A DNA stretch of 64,000 nt from an uncultured Eubacteriales bacterium. GTDB taxonomy: Bacteria; Bacillota; Clostridia; Oscillospirales; Acutalibacteraceae. Positions 18,478 through 29,025 of the stretch are shown piece after piece. The notes under the pieces were generated by a model. The model worked only from the letters and a program-made list of their open reading frames with translations. It did not search any database and had not been told where the DNA came from. Location: assembly GCA_964369415.1 (NCBI GenBank), contig CAYJFP010000003.1, positions 31,782-95,781 of the forward strand, read 5' to 3'. A program made the translations under genes and the position numbers. Numbering within the stretch: position 1 is the first letter of the stretch; every line of letters starts with the position of its first letter.

Positions 18478-19659
18478 ATGAATAAAACAAATTTCCCAGT
18501 TAAGGACACTATTTTTCAAAGCTCTTTAGCTGCTGCCTTCTTCTTTTCTATAGCGTTTACCGGCTACGGTACTGTCTATTTACAAGGTCTGGGCTTCGAG
18601 ACTTCTCAAATTGGAACTATTAATGCATGCGCAAATGTTATCTCTATATTTGCATGTATTTTTTTCGGTATAGTTAGCGACAAAATTAACTCCATAAAAA
18701 AAGTTCTCCTGTTCGCCACTTTGCTTTTCAGTGCACTTTATTCTGCCATACCGCTTTTACCTATAGACACTTCCTACACTTTTGTTATGTTTCTTTTGTA
18801 TTTTACACTTATCAACTGCTTCAAGGCACCTTTTGGCTCTTTGTGTGAAGGAATGCTTGCTAGGTCTTCGTATGATTTAAACTTAAACTATGGTTTTGTG
18901 CGCTCTTGGGGGTCTATTGGATATGCTGTTTCAGGCTTTATTCTTTCTTATATAGTAAGCACCTTTGGAATAAATACTTCATTTATAATAAATGCTATAA
19001 TTACAGTTCCTATTTTAGTTCTTATATCGTTTTCTTACGACCCTAAAGTCGAGAAAAAAACTAAGCACCAAAAAATCAGCATTAAGCCTTTATTTAAAAA
19101 CCTCCACTATGTTTTTTTCTTAGTCTTTACCTTCTTTTTATGGATGACGATTTCCTCTGACATAACTTTTGCCCCTTATTTCATGGAAGAAATCGGTGTT
19201 GCAAGCGATAATTTGGGTGTTTATCTGTCTATTAGAGCCTTGTTTGAAATCCCTATACTATTGTTAATTAACAAATTAAGAAGCAAAATTAATCTAAAAT
19301 ACATTTTAATGTTTTCTTCCTTTTTCTATGCCGTTCAATACTTTTTAATGGGTTTTTGGCCGACAACTTTAATGGATATTATCATCTTATCCGCCTTATC
19401 AGGTGTTGGAAGCGGACTTATGGTAGGTTCGGTTTCTTTATATGTACTTGAGCTTGCCCCGCCTGAACTTAGGGCATCGGCTCAAAGTGTTTATTCCTCT
19501 GTAGTTGCGGCTTCTGGCATACTTGGTAATCTACTGGGCGGTTATATCTACGAAATATTTAAAGGACGCATGTACTACATATTCCTTGGAGTAGTCGTCA
19601 CTTTAGGCGCTATACTATTTTTAGCTTCTAATTTTATTAAGAAAAAGGAACGAATTTAG
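18478..19659 (+). CDS. MFS transporter, paralogue of 17188-18408
   Basis: Alignable with the upstream gene over the full length (GIVSDKINSIKK, PELRASAQSVYSSVVAASGILGNLLGGYIY). Confidence 0.85.
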   Translation: MNKTNFPVKDTIFQSSLAAAFFFSIAFTGYGTVYLQGLGFETSQIGTINACANVISIFACIFFGIVSDKINSIKKVLLFATLLFSALYSAIPLLPIDTSYTFVMFLLYFTLINCFKAPFGSLCEGMLARSSYDLNLNYGFVRSWGSIGYAVSGFILSYIVSTFGINTSFIINAIITVPILVLISFSYDPKVEKKTKHQKISIKPLFKNLHYVFFLVFTFFLWMTISSDITFAPYFMEEIGVASDNLGVYLSIRALFEIPILLLINKLRSKINLKYILMFSSFFYAVQYFLMGFWPTTLMDIIILSALSGVGSGLMVGSVSLYVLELAPPELRASAQSVYSSVVAASGILGNLLGGYIYEIFKGRMYYIFLGVVVTLGAILFLASNFIKKKERI

Positions 19660-21011
19660 TTTACCACTCTTCCGCCTTCACCGCTTGTCACGATATATAT
19701 TTGCTCTTCCATGCCCGTGTTTGCATTTATATAGACCAGTACTTCTTGTCCCGTTTCCTTGTCTTTACACAAAAACTCATAGCTTAAAACTTCGCTTTCA
19801 CCCTCTGTCGGAACTATGGCAAGACCTGTTTCTACTATATCAAGCTTATCGCTTACAATTCCTTTTGCAGTCTCCTCGTCTATTTGAGGTGGCTGCATTT
19901 CTCTTTGCCTGTTGTTCATGAGAAATCCATCGCTCGAAAACTCCACCATGCCGCCTTCGGCAAGTTCTAAAGTCATTTTTATCAAATCGGGATAAATAGT
20001 CACGCCGTCTTGTACCGCATTAAAATTAATAGTACAAGTGTTGTCATTCATCACATAAAAACTTTCCTTAAGATTTTCATAGCCCATTTCAGTTAGATAA
20101 GATTGTGCACTATTTAGCGCCTCTTCATAGCTTAAATTGTTATCGGCGGTTTGATGAGCCTTTTTAAAATACAGCACTTCTCCCCCCATTTTTGTTATCC
20201 TAATCGAATTATCCTTTCCGCTTATTTGATACGATGATAAGTTTCCGTCATCTATATGCATAACGCTTAGATTCTCTATGGGGATTTCCAAAAATTCAGA
20301 CGCTTTTTGCAAGGCTTCTTGTTCGCTTATTTCAGTTTTCCCCTTTAGTGCCTCGGCTTCTCTTTTTTCTACATGGTCAGAATATGGTCCGTCGTAAGTC
20401 ATGGTAGGAAGTGCCGATAGTTCCTCTTCTAAGTCGTTTACCGAGTCGTCAAATACAGGAGTAGGCGGCAGATTCAGACTTTTATTTAAAACCTGTTCAG
20501 TCTCACTCATCCCAATATTTCCAAGTTCAAGCTCGCTTCTTATTTCTATAAAGCTGCTTTTAATCGCTTCTACATGCTGTTCTAAGACTGTGAAAATCTG
20601 ATAATCTTCATCGGATAAAGATTGTCCCGAGGCACTTTTATTTTCTATATAAGAACCAAAATCAGCTATAATCGAAAGACTTTTTTCTATAATTTCACTG
20701 TTATCATCTGAAAAAGGAAGGTAACTTAAGGCCGATTTTGCCCCGCCTCCTGCTTCTTTTAACACAGAAGATATAGCCACTTGTCCCGTAGGAGTCGAGA
20801 CGTATTTTGACTTATCTAGTGTAAGTTCTATGTCTTCGAGATATTCTGTCAAATCGCCTAAACTTCTCGTGTAGCTATAGCTAAGATTTTTTCTGTAATT
20901 TTCCGAAACAGAAAATAAATTCCAAATAAAAATACCAACTAAAGTTAAAACTATTACATGCAGTGAAACAATAATTAGTATAGCTCTCACCGAAAGATTT
21001 ACTTTTTTCAT
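19656..21011 (-). CDS. ypeB: germination protein YpeB-like (N-terminal anchor + PepSY-type domains)
   Basis: N-terminal TM. YpeB-like region (NYRKNLSYSYTRSLGDLTEYLEDIELTLDKSKY). C-terminal PepSY-like repeats. Confidence 0.7.
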   Translation of the reverse strand: MKKVNLSVRAILIIVSLHVIVLTLVGIFIWNLFSVSENYRKNLSYSYTRSLGDLTEYLEDIELTLDKSKYVSTPTGQVAISSVLKEAGGGAKSALSYLPFSDDNSEIIEKSLSIIADFGSYIENKSASGQSLSDEDYQIFTVLEQHVEAIKSSFIEIRSELELGNIGMSETEQVLNKSLNLPPTPVFDDSVNDLEEELSALPTMTYDGPYSDHVEKREAEALKGKTEISEQEALQKASEFLEIPIENLSVMHIDDGNLSSYQISGKDNSIRITKMGGEVLYFKKAHQTADNNLSYEEALNSAQSYLTEMGYENLKESFYVMNDNTCTINFNAVQDGVTIYPDLIKMTLELAEGGMVEFSSDGFLMNNRQREMQPPQIDEETAKGIVSDKLDIVETGLAIVPTEGESEVLSYEFLCKDKETGQEVLVYINANTGMEEQIYIVTSGEGGRVVN

Positions 21012-21184
21012 AAAACGCTCTCCACCTCATGGTTTTTTAAAGAGGCACTGTACAATTACAGTTATATCGATAGCTAAGTCCAAAATTTTGTTTAATTTTT
21101 GTAGAATATAGCAGAATTTTGGCACGCCGATGATTCAACAAAGTTTTAGCCGTTAATTATGCGGTGCCCACTTAAATATATCCT

Positions 21185-21213
21185 TTGCATTTTTTTAACA
21201 TTTATGCTATAAT
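21185..21213 (+). promoter_or_regulatory. putative sigma-A promoter of ruvCAB
   Basis: TTGCAT (21185-21190), 17-nt spacer, TATAAT (21208-21213). Confidence 0.5.
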
Positions 21214-21343
21214 GACTCTAAATGTTTTTATGTTTTGTGCTTTTATCCACTGTGCTTTGCATATATTTTTGTATGAATAATGCGGCATATAAACCGAACA
21301 TGGACTATATGTGGGTGGCTATGCAAAGAAAGGTGGATTTAAA

Positions 21344-21841
21344 TTGATTATACTAGGAATAGACCCAGGATACGCAACTCTTGGCTACGGAGTGGTAGAG
21401 TTTAAAAACGGAGTTTACAGATCTTTAGAGCATGGAGCTATTATAACCGGTGCGACAATGGACTTTTCACGAAGACTTAATGTGATTTTTTCCGATTTAA
21501 CCGAGGTTATCAAAAGACATAAACCCGACAGCGCAAGTGTCGAGAGAATTTTCTTTCAGAACAATCAGAAAACAGCGATAAATGTTGCTCAGGCAAGAGG
21601 TGTTATCTTACTCGCTCTTGAGAGAGAAAACATCAGGACTTTTGAATACACACCGTTACAGATAAAGTCGTCTATAACTGGCTATGGAAAGGCTCAAAAA
21701 GCACAGGTTATGGAGATGACAAAAAGACTTTTAAGGCTTAACGAACTGCCGAAACCCGATGATGTCGCAGATGCTTTGGCTCTTGCAATATGTCACGGTC
21801 AGGTATATAAATATCCTTTGATGAGGATGAGACGAGAATAA
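21344..21841 (+). CDS. ruvC: crossover junction endodeoxyribonuclease RuvC
   Basis: ILGIDPGYATLGYGVV..., ...DDVADALALAICH. TTG 21344 behind AAAGGTGGA; the ORF track starts at 21311. Confidence 0.92.
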   Translation: MIILGIDPGYATLGYGVVEFKNGVYRSLEHGAIITGATMDFSRRLNVIFSDLTEVIKRHKPDSASVERIFFQNNQKTAINVAQARGVILLALERENIRTFEYTPLQIKSSITGYGKAQKAQVMEMTKRLLRLNELPKPDDVADALALAICHGQVYKYPLMRMRRE

Positions 21842-21873
21842 GAGATTAGTTAAAAAGAAGGGATTTGACTTTT

Positions 21874-22473
21874 ATGTTTTATAGTTTAAGTGGAAAATTG
21901 ATTCACACCGAACCCGGAATGGCGGTTATCAGCTGTGGAGGCGTTGGATATAAATGCTTTATTTCTTTTAACACACAAAAATCACTTCCTAAAAAAGGTG
22001 AAGAAGCCATGCTCTTTACTCATCTCAACGTTAGAGAAGACGCACTAGACATTTTTGGTTTTTCAAGTCAAAGGGAGATGGATTTTTTCAAATTGCTTAC
22101 AAATATCAGCGGTGTTGGTCCTAAAGTTTGCCTTTCGATTTTGTCTGAACTTACACCCGATTCCATATGTATTGCCGCAGCAGCAGGAGACAGCAAGGCT
22201 TTTTCAAGAGCAAACGGAGTAGGGCCAAAACTTGCTTCGAGAATCACGCTTGAATTAAAAGACAAAGTTTCTGGCTTGGTCACTAAGCCAGAAAATCAAG
22301 ACCTAAACTCACCAATTTTAGAAAGCAGTTCAAACAGCGCTTCGGCACTTCAGGCACTTTTAGCACTAGGCTACAGCCATCAAGAGGCGGCGTTTGCGGT
22401 AAACAACATAGACCCAGAATTAAAAACAGAGGATATAATTAGACTAGCACTTAAAAGTCTTGCAAAGCATTAA
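21874..22473 (+). CDS. ruvA: Holliday junction DNA helicase subunit RuvA
   Basis: MFYSLSGKL..., HhH motifs (GVGPKVCLSIL, NGVGPKLASRI), C-terminal domain III. Confidence 0.92.
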   Translation: MFYSLSGKLIHTEPGMAVISCGGVGYKCFISFNTQKSLPKKGEEAMLFTHLNVREDALDIFGFSSQREMDFFKLLTNISGVGPKVCLSILSELTPDSICIAAAAGDSKAFSRANGVGPKLASRITLELKDKVSGLVTKPENQDLNSPILESSSNSASALQALLALGYSHQEAAFAVNNIDPELKTEDIIRLALKSLAKH

Positions 22474-22499
22474 GAGTTTTGTAAGGAAAGGAAAAAAAG

Positions 22500-23555
22500 A
22501 TGTATTATAGCGACGAAACAGATTACGAAAATAGACTTATCGACCCCGAAGAAACCGCTTACGACACTCAAGGTGATAATCCACTTAGGCCGAAGTTTTT
22601 AGGCGACTACATCGGGCAGGATAAAGTTAAGGAAAATCTTTCTATATATATTGAAGCGGCAAAAATGCGAAACGAAGCGCTTGATCATGTGCTTCTTTAC
22701 GGCCCTCCAGGTCTTGGAAAAACCACACTTGCTGGAATTATCGCAAATGAGCTTGGTGTAAATCTTAGAATCACCAGTGGTCCTGCTATAGAAAAACCCG
22801 GTGATTTAGCCGCACTTTTGACTTCTCTTTCAGAGGGCGATGTGCTGTTTATCGACGAAATCCATAGGCTGCAAAGAACGGTTGAGGAAATTCTTTATCC
22901 CGCCATGGAAGACTTTGCGATAGACATCATGACAGGAAAAGGGCAAATGGCGGCCTCCTATCACCTACCGCTTCAAAAATTCACACTAGTGGGTGCAACC
23001 ACGAGGGCAGGTCAGCTTTCGGCACCTTTAAGAGATAGATTCGGTGTTGTTTTAAGACTAGAGCTTTATTCACCCGACGAACTTGCCAAAATCATCATGC
23101 GAAGCTCTTCTATTTTGGGAGTAGACATAGATGCGACAGGCGCTTTAGAGCTAGCTTCAAGATCAAGAGGAACGCCCAGAATCGCAAACAGATTTTTAAA
23201 GCGAATCAGAGACTTTGCACAAGTTATCAGTGACGGAAAAATAACCTATAACACAGCAAAACTGGCACTCGATAGAATGGAAGTTGATGAACTAGGCCTC
23301 GATTCTGGTGACAGGCGTATGCTTGAAGCGATTATTAAATTTTACGGTGGTGGACCTGTCGGAATTGAAACTTTAGCCGCCGCTATAGGCGAAGAATCCA
23401 TAACCATCGAAGACGTTTTAGAGCCTTATCTCATGCAAATCGGCTTTTTAAAAAGGACTCCTAGAGGCAGATGTGTCACAAAACAGGCGTATCTACACTT
23501 AGGACTTACCCCGCCTAAAGAGCTAGAGGATTTACCCGAACAACAAACTTTTTAA
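22500..23555 (+). CDS. ruvB: Holliday junction DNA helicase RuvB
   Basis: [12 protein letters not shown]..., Walker [12 protein letters not shown], Walker [10 protein letters not shown]. Confidence 0.97.
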   Translation: MYYSDETDYENRLIDPEETAYDTQGDNPLRPKFLGDYIGQDKVKENLSIYIEAAKMRNEALDHVLLYGPPGLGKTTLAGIIANELGVNLRITSGPAIEKPGDLAALLTSLSEGDVLFIDEIHRLQRTVEEILYPAMEDFAIDIMTGKGQMAASYHLPLQKFTLVGATTRAGQLSAPLRDRFGVVLRLELYSPDELAKIIMRSSSILGVDIDATGALELASRSRGTPRIANRFLKRIRDFAQVISDGKITYNTAKLALDRMEVDELGLDSGDRRMLEAIIKFYGGGPVGIETLAAAIGEESITIEDVLEPYLMQIGFLKRTPRGRCVTKQAYLHLGLTPPKELEDLPEQQTF

Positions 23556-23599
23556 AAAATATAAATCGTAGTAACAAAACAGTAGAATGGAGTATTATT

Positions 23600-24949
23600 A
23601 TGGCAAGATTATTTGGAACAGACGGAATACGAGGAATTGCAAACAAGGACCTTGACTGTGAATTAGCACTTAAAATTGGACGTGCCGCCGCCATGGTTTT
23701 GACAAGCAAAAGTAACCGTCATCCAAAAGTTTTAATCGGTAGAGACACTAGAATATCGTCACCAATGCTTGAAAGTGCACTTGCGGCGGGTTTGTGTTCT
23801 ATCGGAGCTTCTGTCGTGAGTTTAGGCGTTGTGCCGACACCAGCAGTTGCATATTTAGTTGAAAAATACAAGGCAGATGCGGGAATAATGATTTCTGCTT
23901 CTCACAATTCTTATGAATATAACGGAATTAAAATCTTTAACGGCGACGGATATAAACTCGCCGATGATTTAGAGGAACAAATAGAAGCAATTATACTAGG
24001 ACAAGTGGAAGTATCGGACCTTCCTGTAAACGAAAACTTGGGCACGATTAGCTATTCGAGCACTGCCACTAGAGATTATATCGAGCACTTAAAGTCGACC
24101 ATGCATTTTTCTCTTGACGGGATGAAAATTGCAATCGACTGCGCTAACGGCTCTTCGGCTGTAACCGCCGAGACTCTTTTTACCGAGCTTGGTGCTACAT
24201 GTCACATGATAGCAGCTGAGCCAAACGGAATTAACATAAACGAAAACTGCGGCTCAACCCATATGGGAAATTTGACCGAATATGTTAAAGCTCACGATGT
24301 AGACGCTGGTTTTGCCTTTGACGGAGATGCCGACAGATTTCTTTGTGTCGACAACATGGGCAATTTCATTGACGGCGACGTCATCATGGCTATTTGTGCC
24401 CTTGACATGAAATCAAGAGGAAAGCTTTCTAAAAACTGTCTTGTCGGCACTATTATGTCCAACTTAGGCTTAATTAAATTCTGCGAAGACAACGGAATCC
24501 ACTACGAAGCCACAAAGGTAGGCGACAGATATGTTTTAGAACAAATGCTTATCGAGGGATATAATTTTGGAGGCGAACAAAGCGGCCACGTTATTTTTAG
24601 AGATTTTGCAACCACTGGCGACGGCCAGCTTACCGCCGCACAACTTTTAAGCATAGTAAAAAGAAGAGAGGCTAAGCTTTCAGACCTACAAACCTTGATG
24701 GAAAAATATCCTCAAACCTTGGTGAATATAACGGTGAATCCAAAGGTTAGACTTGAGTTTTACACTAATCATAATATTAAAAATGCTATTGAAAAAGCCA
24801 CTGAAGAGCTTGGCACAAAGGGTAGAGTCGTAGTAAGACCCTCTGGAACAGAACCTCTTATAAGGGTAATGGTAGAAGCTGAAACGGCTGAAATGACACA
24901 CAAAGTGGCAAACGATGTTGCCGATGTAATAAAAAAGGAATTGAGCTAA
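23600..24949 (+). CDS. glmM: phosphoglucosamine mutase
   Basis: LFGTDGIRG..., phosphoserine loop SASHNSYEYNGIK, FDGDADR, GGEQSGH. Confidence 0.95.
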   Translation: MARLFGTDGIRGIANKDLDCELALKIGRAAAMVLTSKSNRHPKVLIGRDTRISSPMLESALAAGLCSIGASVVSLGVVPTPAVAYLVEKYKADAGIMISASHNSYEYNGIKIFNGDGYKLADDLEEQIEAIILGQVEVSDLPVNENLGTISYSSTATRDYIEHLKSTMHFSLDGMKIAIDCANGSSAVTAETLFTELGATCHMIAAEPNGININENCGSTHMGNLTEYVKAHDVDAGFAFDGDADRFLCVDNMGNFIDGDVIMAICALDMKSRGKLSKNCLVGTIMSNLGLIKFCEDNGIHYEATKVGDRYVLEQMLIEGYNFGGEQSGHVIFRDFATTGDGQLTAAQLLSIVKRREAKLSDLQTLMEKYPQTLVNITVNPKVRLEFYTNHNIKNAIEKATEELGTKGRVVVRPSGTEPLIRVMVEAETAEMTHKVANDVADVIKKELS

Positions 24950-24950
24950 A

Positions 24951-25811
24951 ATGAGAGAATCTATATTAAAAGATTATGAGCTTATCGATACAGACTCAGG
25001 TGAAAGACTAGAGCGTTGGGGCGATATAATCCTCATAAGACCCGACCCACAAATCATATGGGAAACAGGCAAAAAAAATCCACTTTGGAAAAATGCACAC
25101 GCAAGGTATAAACGCTCGTCTTCAGGCGGCGGAAAGTGGGAAACCTATAAAAAAATTCCAGATGTGTGGAAGATTAAATACGGCGATTTAGTATTTAATC
25201 TAAAACCTATGGGTTTTAAGCATACAGGACTTTTTCCTGAGCAAGCCATAAACTGGGACTTTGCAATGGATAAAATCGAAAAAGAAGACAGAGAAGTAAA
25301 GATTTTGAATCTTTTCGGATACACTGGAGCGGCGACTCTTGCTTGCATGTCAAAAGGCGCCCATGTAACACATGTAGACGCCTCAAAAGGCATGGTTCAG
25401 TGGGCAAGAGAAAACGCTGCTGCCTCATCTTTATCGGACAATCCTGTCAGGTGGATAGTTGACGACTGCATGAAATTTGTAAAAAGAGAAGCTAGACGTG
25501 GCAATACCTATGACGGAATTATAATGGACCCACCGTCTTACGGAAGAGGCCCTGGTGGCGAAGTTTGGAAGCTTGAAAACCAGCTTTTTGAACTTGTGAG
25601 CACCTGTATTCCTATTCTTTCGGACAATCCACTTTTCTTTATACTAAACTCATACACTACTGGGCTCTCCCCTTCTGTGATGACTTACTTATTAAACGTG
25701 CTTTTAACACCTAAATTCGGTGGAAAAGTAAGCGCCGATGAAATAGGACTTAAAGTAACCGACACTGGTTTTACACTTCCATGCGGAAGCACTGCGATTT
25801 GGGAAAAATAA
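24951..25811 (+). CDS. class I SAM-dependent methyltransferase (RlmI/YcbY-like catalytic domain)
   Basis: Motif I LNLFGYTGAATLA. Motif IV IIMDPPSYGRG. Confidence 0.8.
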   Translation: MRESILKDYELIDTDSGERLERWGDIILIRPDPQIIWETGKKNPLWKNAHARYKRSSSGGGKWETYKKIPDVWKIKYGDLVFNLKPMGFKHTGLFPEQAINWDFAMDKIEKEDREVKILNLFGYTGAATLACMSKGAHVTHVDASKGMVQWARENAAASSLSDNPVRWIVDDCMKFVKREARRGNTYDGIIMDPPSYGRGPGGEVWKLENQLFELVSTCIPILSDNPLFFILNSYTTGLSPSVMTYLLNVLLTPKFGGKVSADEIGLKVTDTGFTLPCGSTAIWEK

Positions 25812-25830
25812 TTTATTAGGAAGATTTAAA

Positions 25831-26451
25831 ATGAAAGAAAAAGTAGTTAGAATAATAATGGCAACACTCGGCGTTCTTACTGGCGGACTTAGTGTAGGCC
25901 TTTTCAAGACCTCGCTTTTTGGCACCGACCCTTTTCAGTGCTTTATGGCGGGAATCTCCAACGTGATACCTATAGATTTCGGTACACTTTACATGGCGGT
26001 TAACGCCATTATGCTTGTGTTTATCTTGATATTTGCTAGAAAGTACATAGGTTTTGCGACATTAGTAAACATTTTTTTACTAGGATATGTGGTAGACTTT
26101 TCGGAAACGATGTTGAAGAATTTCTTCCCAGAGCCCGATTTAACCCTAAGAATCATCTTCTTAGTCGTCGGAACGGTCATCCTGTGTTTTGCATCGGCTG
26201 TATACTTCACGGCAAACCTCGGAGTTTCAACCTATGATGCCATCGCACTGATGATTTCTTCTTCAAATAAAAAACTGCCTTTTAAATACTGTAGAATTGG
26301 TACAGACTTAATATGTGTTGGAATTGGCTTCGTATTTTCGGCAGCGATAGGAGTCGGAACCTTGCTCACCGCATTTTTCATGGGGCCTTTAATTTCACTT
26401 TTTAGAAATAAAGTGACCGAACCGTTTTTAAGAAAATTTAAAACCACCTAA
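25831..26451 (+). CDS. YczE/YitT-like integral membrane protein
   Basis: About 6 TM. N-terminus resembles the family (GVLTGGLSVGLFKTSLFGTDPF). Confidence 0.6.
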   Translation: MKEKVVRIIMATLGVLTGGLSVGLFKTSLFGTDPFQCFMAGISNVIPIDFGTLYMAVNAIMLVFILIFARKYIGFATLVNIFLLGYVVDFSETMLKNFFPEPDLTLRIIFLVVGTVILCFASAVYFTANLGVSTYDAIALMISSSNKKLPFKYCRIGTDLICVGIGFVFSAAIGVGTLLTAFFMGPLISLFRNKVTEPFLRKFKTT

Positions 26452-26470
26452 TCTTTGATTGGAGAAAAAC

Positions 26471-27331
26471 ATGGCATTTATTGAAGTAAAGGATTTAAGA
26501 TTTAATTATAATCCCGACGAAATAGACTCTAAAGAGGCGTTGTCTGGGATAAATATTCAGATAGAAGAGGGCGAATTCGTCGCACTTTTAGGGCACAATG
26601 GCTGCGGAAAATCTACACTTGCAAAAATTTTTAACGGAATGTACACTCCTACTTCGGGACAAGTTTTCATAGACGGACTCGACTCAGCACCCGAGGAAAA
26701 TAGATTTCCGATAAGAAGAAAAGTTGGTTTAGTTCAGCAAAATCCCGACAATCAGCTTGTGGCGGGAATCGTTGAAGAAGACGTGGCATTCGGGCCTGAA
26801 AATCTTGGCGTTCCACCGCTTGAAATTAGAAAAAGAGTTGACGAAGCCTTAAAAACTGTCGGAATGTACGAATATAAAGAGCACGCACCGTTTAAACTTT
26901 CCGGCGGACAGAAGCAAAGGGTTGCTATAGCGGGAATTTTAGCAATGGAGACAGGATGCATCGTGCTCGACGAGCCCACGGCAATGCTTGACCCACAAGG
27001 CAGACTTGAAGTTGTCGATACTTTAAGAAGGCTTAATGACGAAAAAGGTATTACCATAATTCTAATAACGCATTACATGGACGAGGCAACCCGAGCGGAC
27101 AGAGTTATCGTAATGGACGAGGGTAAAATTTTGATTGAAGGCCCTCCTACAGAGGTTTTCACCTATGTTGATATTCTAAAAGAACATCAGCTTGACGTTC
27201 CTCAAGCGACCGAGCTTGCCTATTTACTAAAAGAAAATGGAATAGATTTAGGCGGACATCCGATGAATACCCCCGAGTGCATCGAACTTTTGACAAAATA
27301 TATTAAGGAAAACGGCTATGGCAATAATTGA
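26471..27331 (+). CDS. ecfA1: energy-coupling factor transporter ATPase EcfA1
   Basis: Walker A GHNGCGKST, signature LSGGQKQR, Walker B IVLDEPT. Sits in the conserved ecfA1-ecfA2-ecfT-truA order. Confidence 0.93.
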   Translation: MAFIEVKDLRFNYNPDEIDSKEALSGINIQIEEGEFVALLGHNGCGKSTLAKIFNGMYTPTSGQVFIDGLDSAPEENRFPIRRKVGLVQQNPDNQLVAGIVEEDVAFGPENLGVPPLEIRKRVDEALKTVGMYEYKEHAPFKLSGGQKQRVAIAGILAMETGCIVLDEPTAMLDPQGRLEVVDTLRRLNDEKGITIILITHYMDEATRADRVIVMDEGKILIEGPPTEVFTYVDILKEHQLDVPQATELAYLLKENGIDLGGHPMNTPECIELLTKYIKENGYGNN

Positions 27332-28181
27332 AACAAAACAACTTGAATTTGTATACGGCAAGGGTACTCCATTTGAAAAAACCGCCGTTAATGGTCTTGA
27401 TATCAGTGTCGAAGAGGGCGAGATTTTAGGACTTATCGGGCATACAGGTAGCGGTAAATCGACACTTGTTCAAATGCTTAACGGACTTATTAGACCGACT
27501 GGTGGACAAGTCTTATTAGAGGGCAAAGACATCTGGCTTGAGCCTAAAAAAATTAGGGCAGTTAGATTCAAAGTGGGAATGGTGTTCCAGTATCCCGAAT
27601 ATCAGCTATTTGAAGAGACCGCTTTAAAAGACATCGCATTTGGCCCTAAGAACATGGGGCTTTCAGAGGAAGAAGCGATAGAAAAAGCAAAAACAGCCGC
27701 TGAATTTGTCGGACTAAAATCAAAACTACTCTCAAAATCTCCGTTTGAGCTTTCAGGCGGTGAAAAAAGAAGAGTAGCAATAGCTGGAGTTATCGCAATG
27801 GATCCGACTGTCTTAATTTTGGACGAGCCGACTGCGGGACTAGACCCTATGGGTCGTGAACTTCTTCTAGGGCAAATTCTTAAATATCATAAATCGAGAA
27901 AAAACACTATTATTCTTGTCTCACATAGCATGGAGGACGTCGGAAAATACTGCGACAGAGTCCTTGTTATGAACAAGGGCGAAAAAGCCATGATGGATGA
28001 GTCTAAAAAAGTGTTTGAAAAAGGCGCTATTCTTCGTTCAATGGGGCTTAGAGTTCCACAAATCACCCATATTATGACTAAACTTTATGATTTGGGAATG
28101 AACGTAGACCCCGGTACTTTAAAGGTAGAAGATGCCTTAAATCAGCTTTTGCCACTGCTTAAAAAAGGAGGTAAAATATGA
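27318..28181 (+). CDS. ecfA2: energy-coupling factor transporter ATPase EcfA2
   Basis: Walker A GHTGSGKST, signature LSGGEKRR, Walker B LILDEPT. Confidence 0.93.
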   Translation: MAIIETKQLEFVYGKGTPFEKTAVNGLDISVEEGEILGLIGHTGSGKSTLVQMLNGLIRPTGGQVLLEGKDIWLEPKKIRAVRFKVGMVFQYPEYQLFEETALKDIAFGPKNMGLSEEEAIEKAKTAAEFVGLKSKLLSKSPFELSGGEKRRVAIAGVIAMDPTVLILDEPTAGLDPMGRELLLGQILKYHKSRKNTIILVSHSMEDVGKYCDRVLVMNKGEKAMMDESKKVFEKGAILRSMGLRVPQITHIMTKLYDLGMNVDPGTLKVEDALNQLLPLLKKGGKI

Positions 28182-28993
28182 TTTCTGACATCACTATAGG
28201 ACAGTATTTTCCTACAAAAAGCGCTATTCACAAAATTGACCCAAGACTTAAAATATGTCTAACCATATTTTTTATAGTACTGCTTTTCATGGCTTCAAAC
28301 TTTTTTAGCCTAGCCTTAATCGTACTCTTCATATTTATCTCTATGTTTTTGTCGAAAGTTCCGATGAAAACATACTTAAAATCACTTAAACCCATACTTT
28401 TCATAATATGTTTTACTACGATATTAAACCTTTTTTACGGTACTGGTGACCCTTTGTGGGAGTTTGGCTTTTTAAAAATCACCATGGGCGGCATATTAAA
28501 CAGCGTATTAATTGCTATTAGAATTGTTTCATTAATCCTTGTAAGCTCGGTTTTAACCTTTAGCACCTCACCGACTCAGCTCACAGATGCACTAGAAAGA
28601 CTTTTAGCTCCACTTAATCTGATAAAAGTTCCGGTGCATGAATTTGCGATGATGATGACGATAGCTTTACGCTTTGTACCGACACTTTTAGAGGAAACCG
28701 ACAAGATTATGTCGGCACAAAAAGCAAGAGGTGCCGACATGGAAAGCGGCGGAATAATGCAAAGAGTTAAGGCACTCATCCCTATTCTTATCCCCTTATT
28801 TGTCTCGGCGTTTAGGCGTGCCTATGACTTAGCTACCGCCATGGAAAGCAGATGTTATTCTGGCGGAAAAGGCAGAACTAAGATGAAAATTTTAAAAATT
28901 GGCAAAATAGACTTTATAGTCATGTCTATAAGCCTTTTACTTCTTGCGGCATTTATTTTGCTTGGCATTTTCATACCACCAATAGTTAGATAA
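28178..28993 (+). CDS. ecfT: energy-coupling factor transporter transmembrane subunit EcfT
   Basis: CbiQ/EcfT fold with coupling helices (ALRFVPTLLEE..., KARGAD...). 4-nt overlap with ecfA2. Confidence 0.9.
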   Translation: MISDITIGQYFPTKSAIHKIDPRLKICLTIFFIVLLFMASNFFSLALIVLFIFISMFLSKVPMKTYLKSLKPILFIICFTTILNLFYGTGDPLWEFGFLKITMGGILNSVLIAIRIVSLILVSSVLTFSTSPTQLTDALERLLAPLNLIKVPVHEFAMMMTIALRFVPTLLEETDKIMSAQKARGADMESGGIMQRVKALIPILIPLFVSAFRRAYDLATAMESRCYSGGKGRTKMKILKIGKIDFIVMSISLLLLAAFILLGIFIPPIVR

Positions 28994-29025
28994 ACTAACA
29001 GATTTAAAGAAGAGAGGAGCATTTT

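Noticed and set aside
21012-21343. LexA (Cheo box, CGAAC-N4-GTTCG) operator upstream of ruvCAB.
   Set aside because: Only an isolated CGAAC (about 21295) is present, with no GTTC half-site at the correct spacing. The CTGTA-CAAT-TACAG dyad at about 21047 does not match the Cheo consensus.
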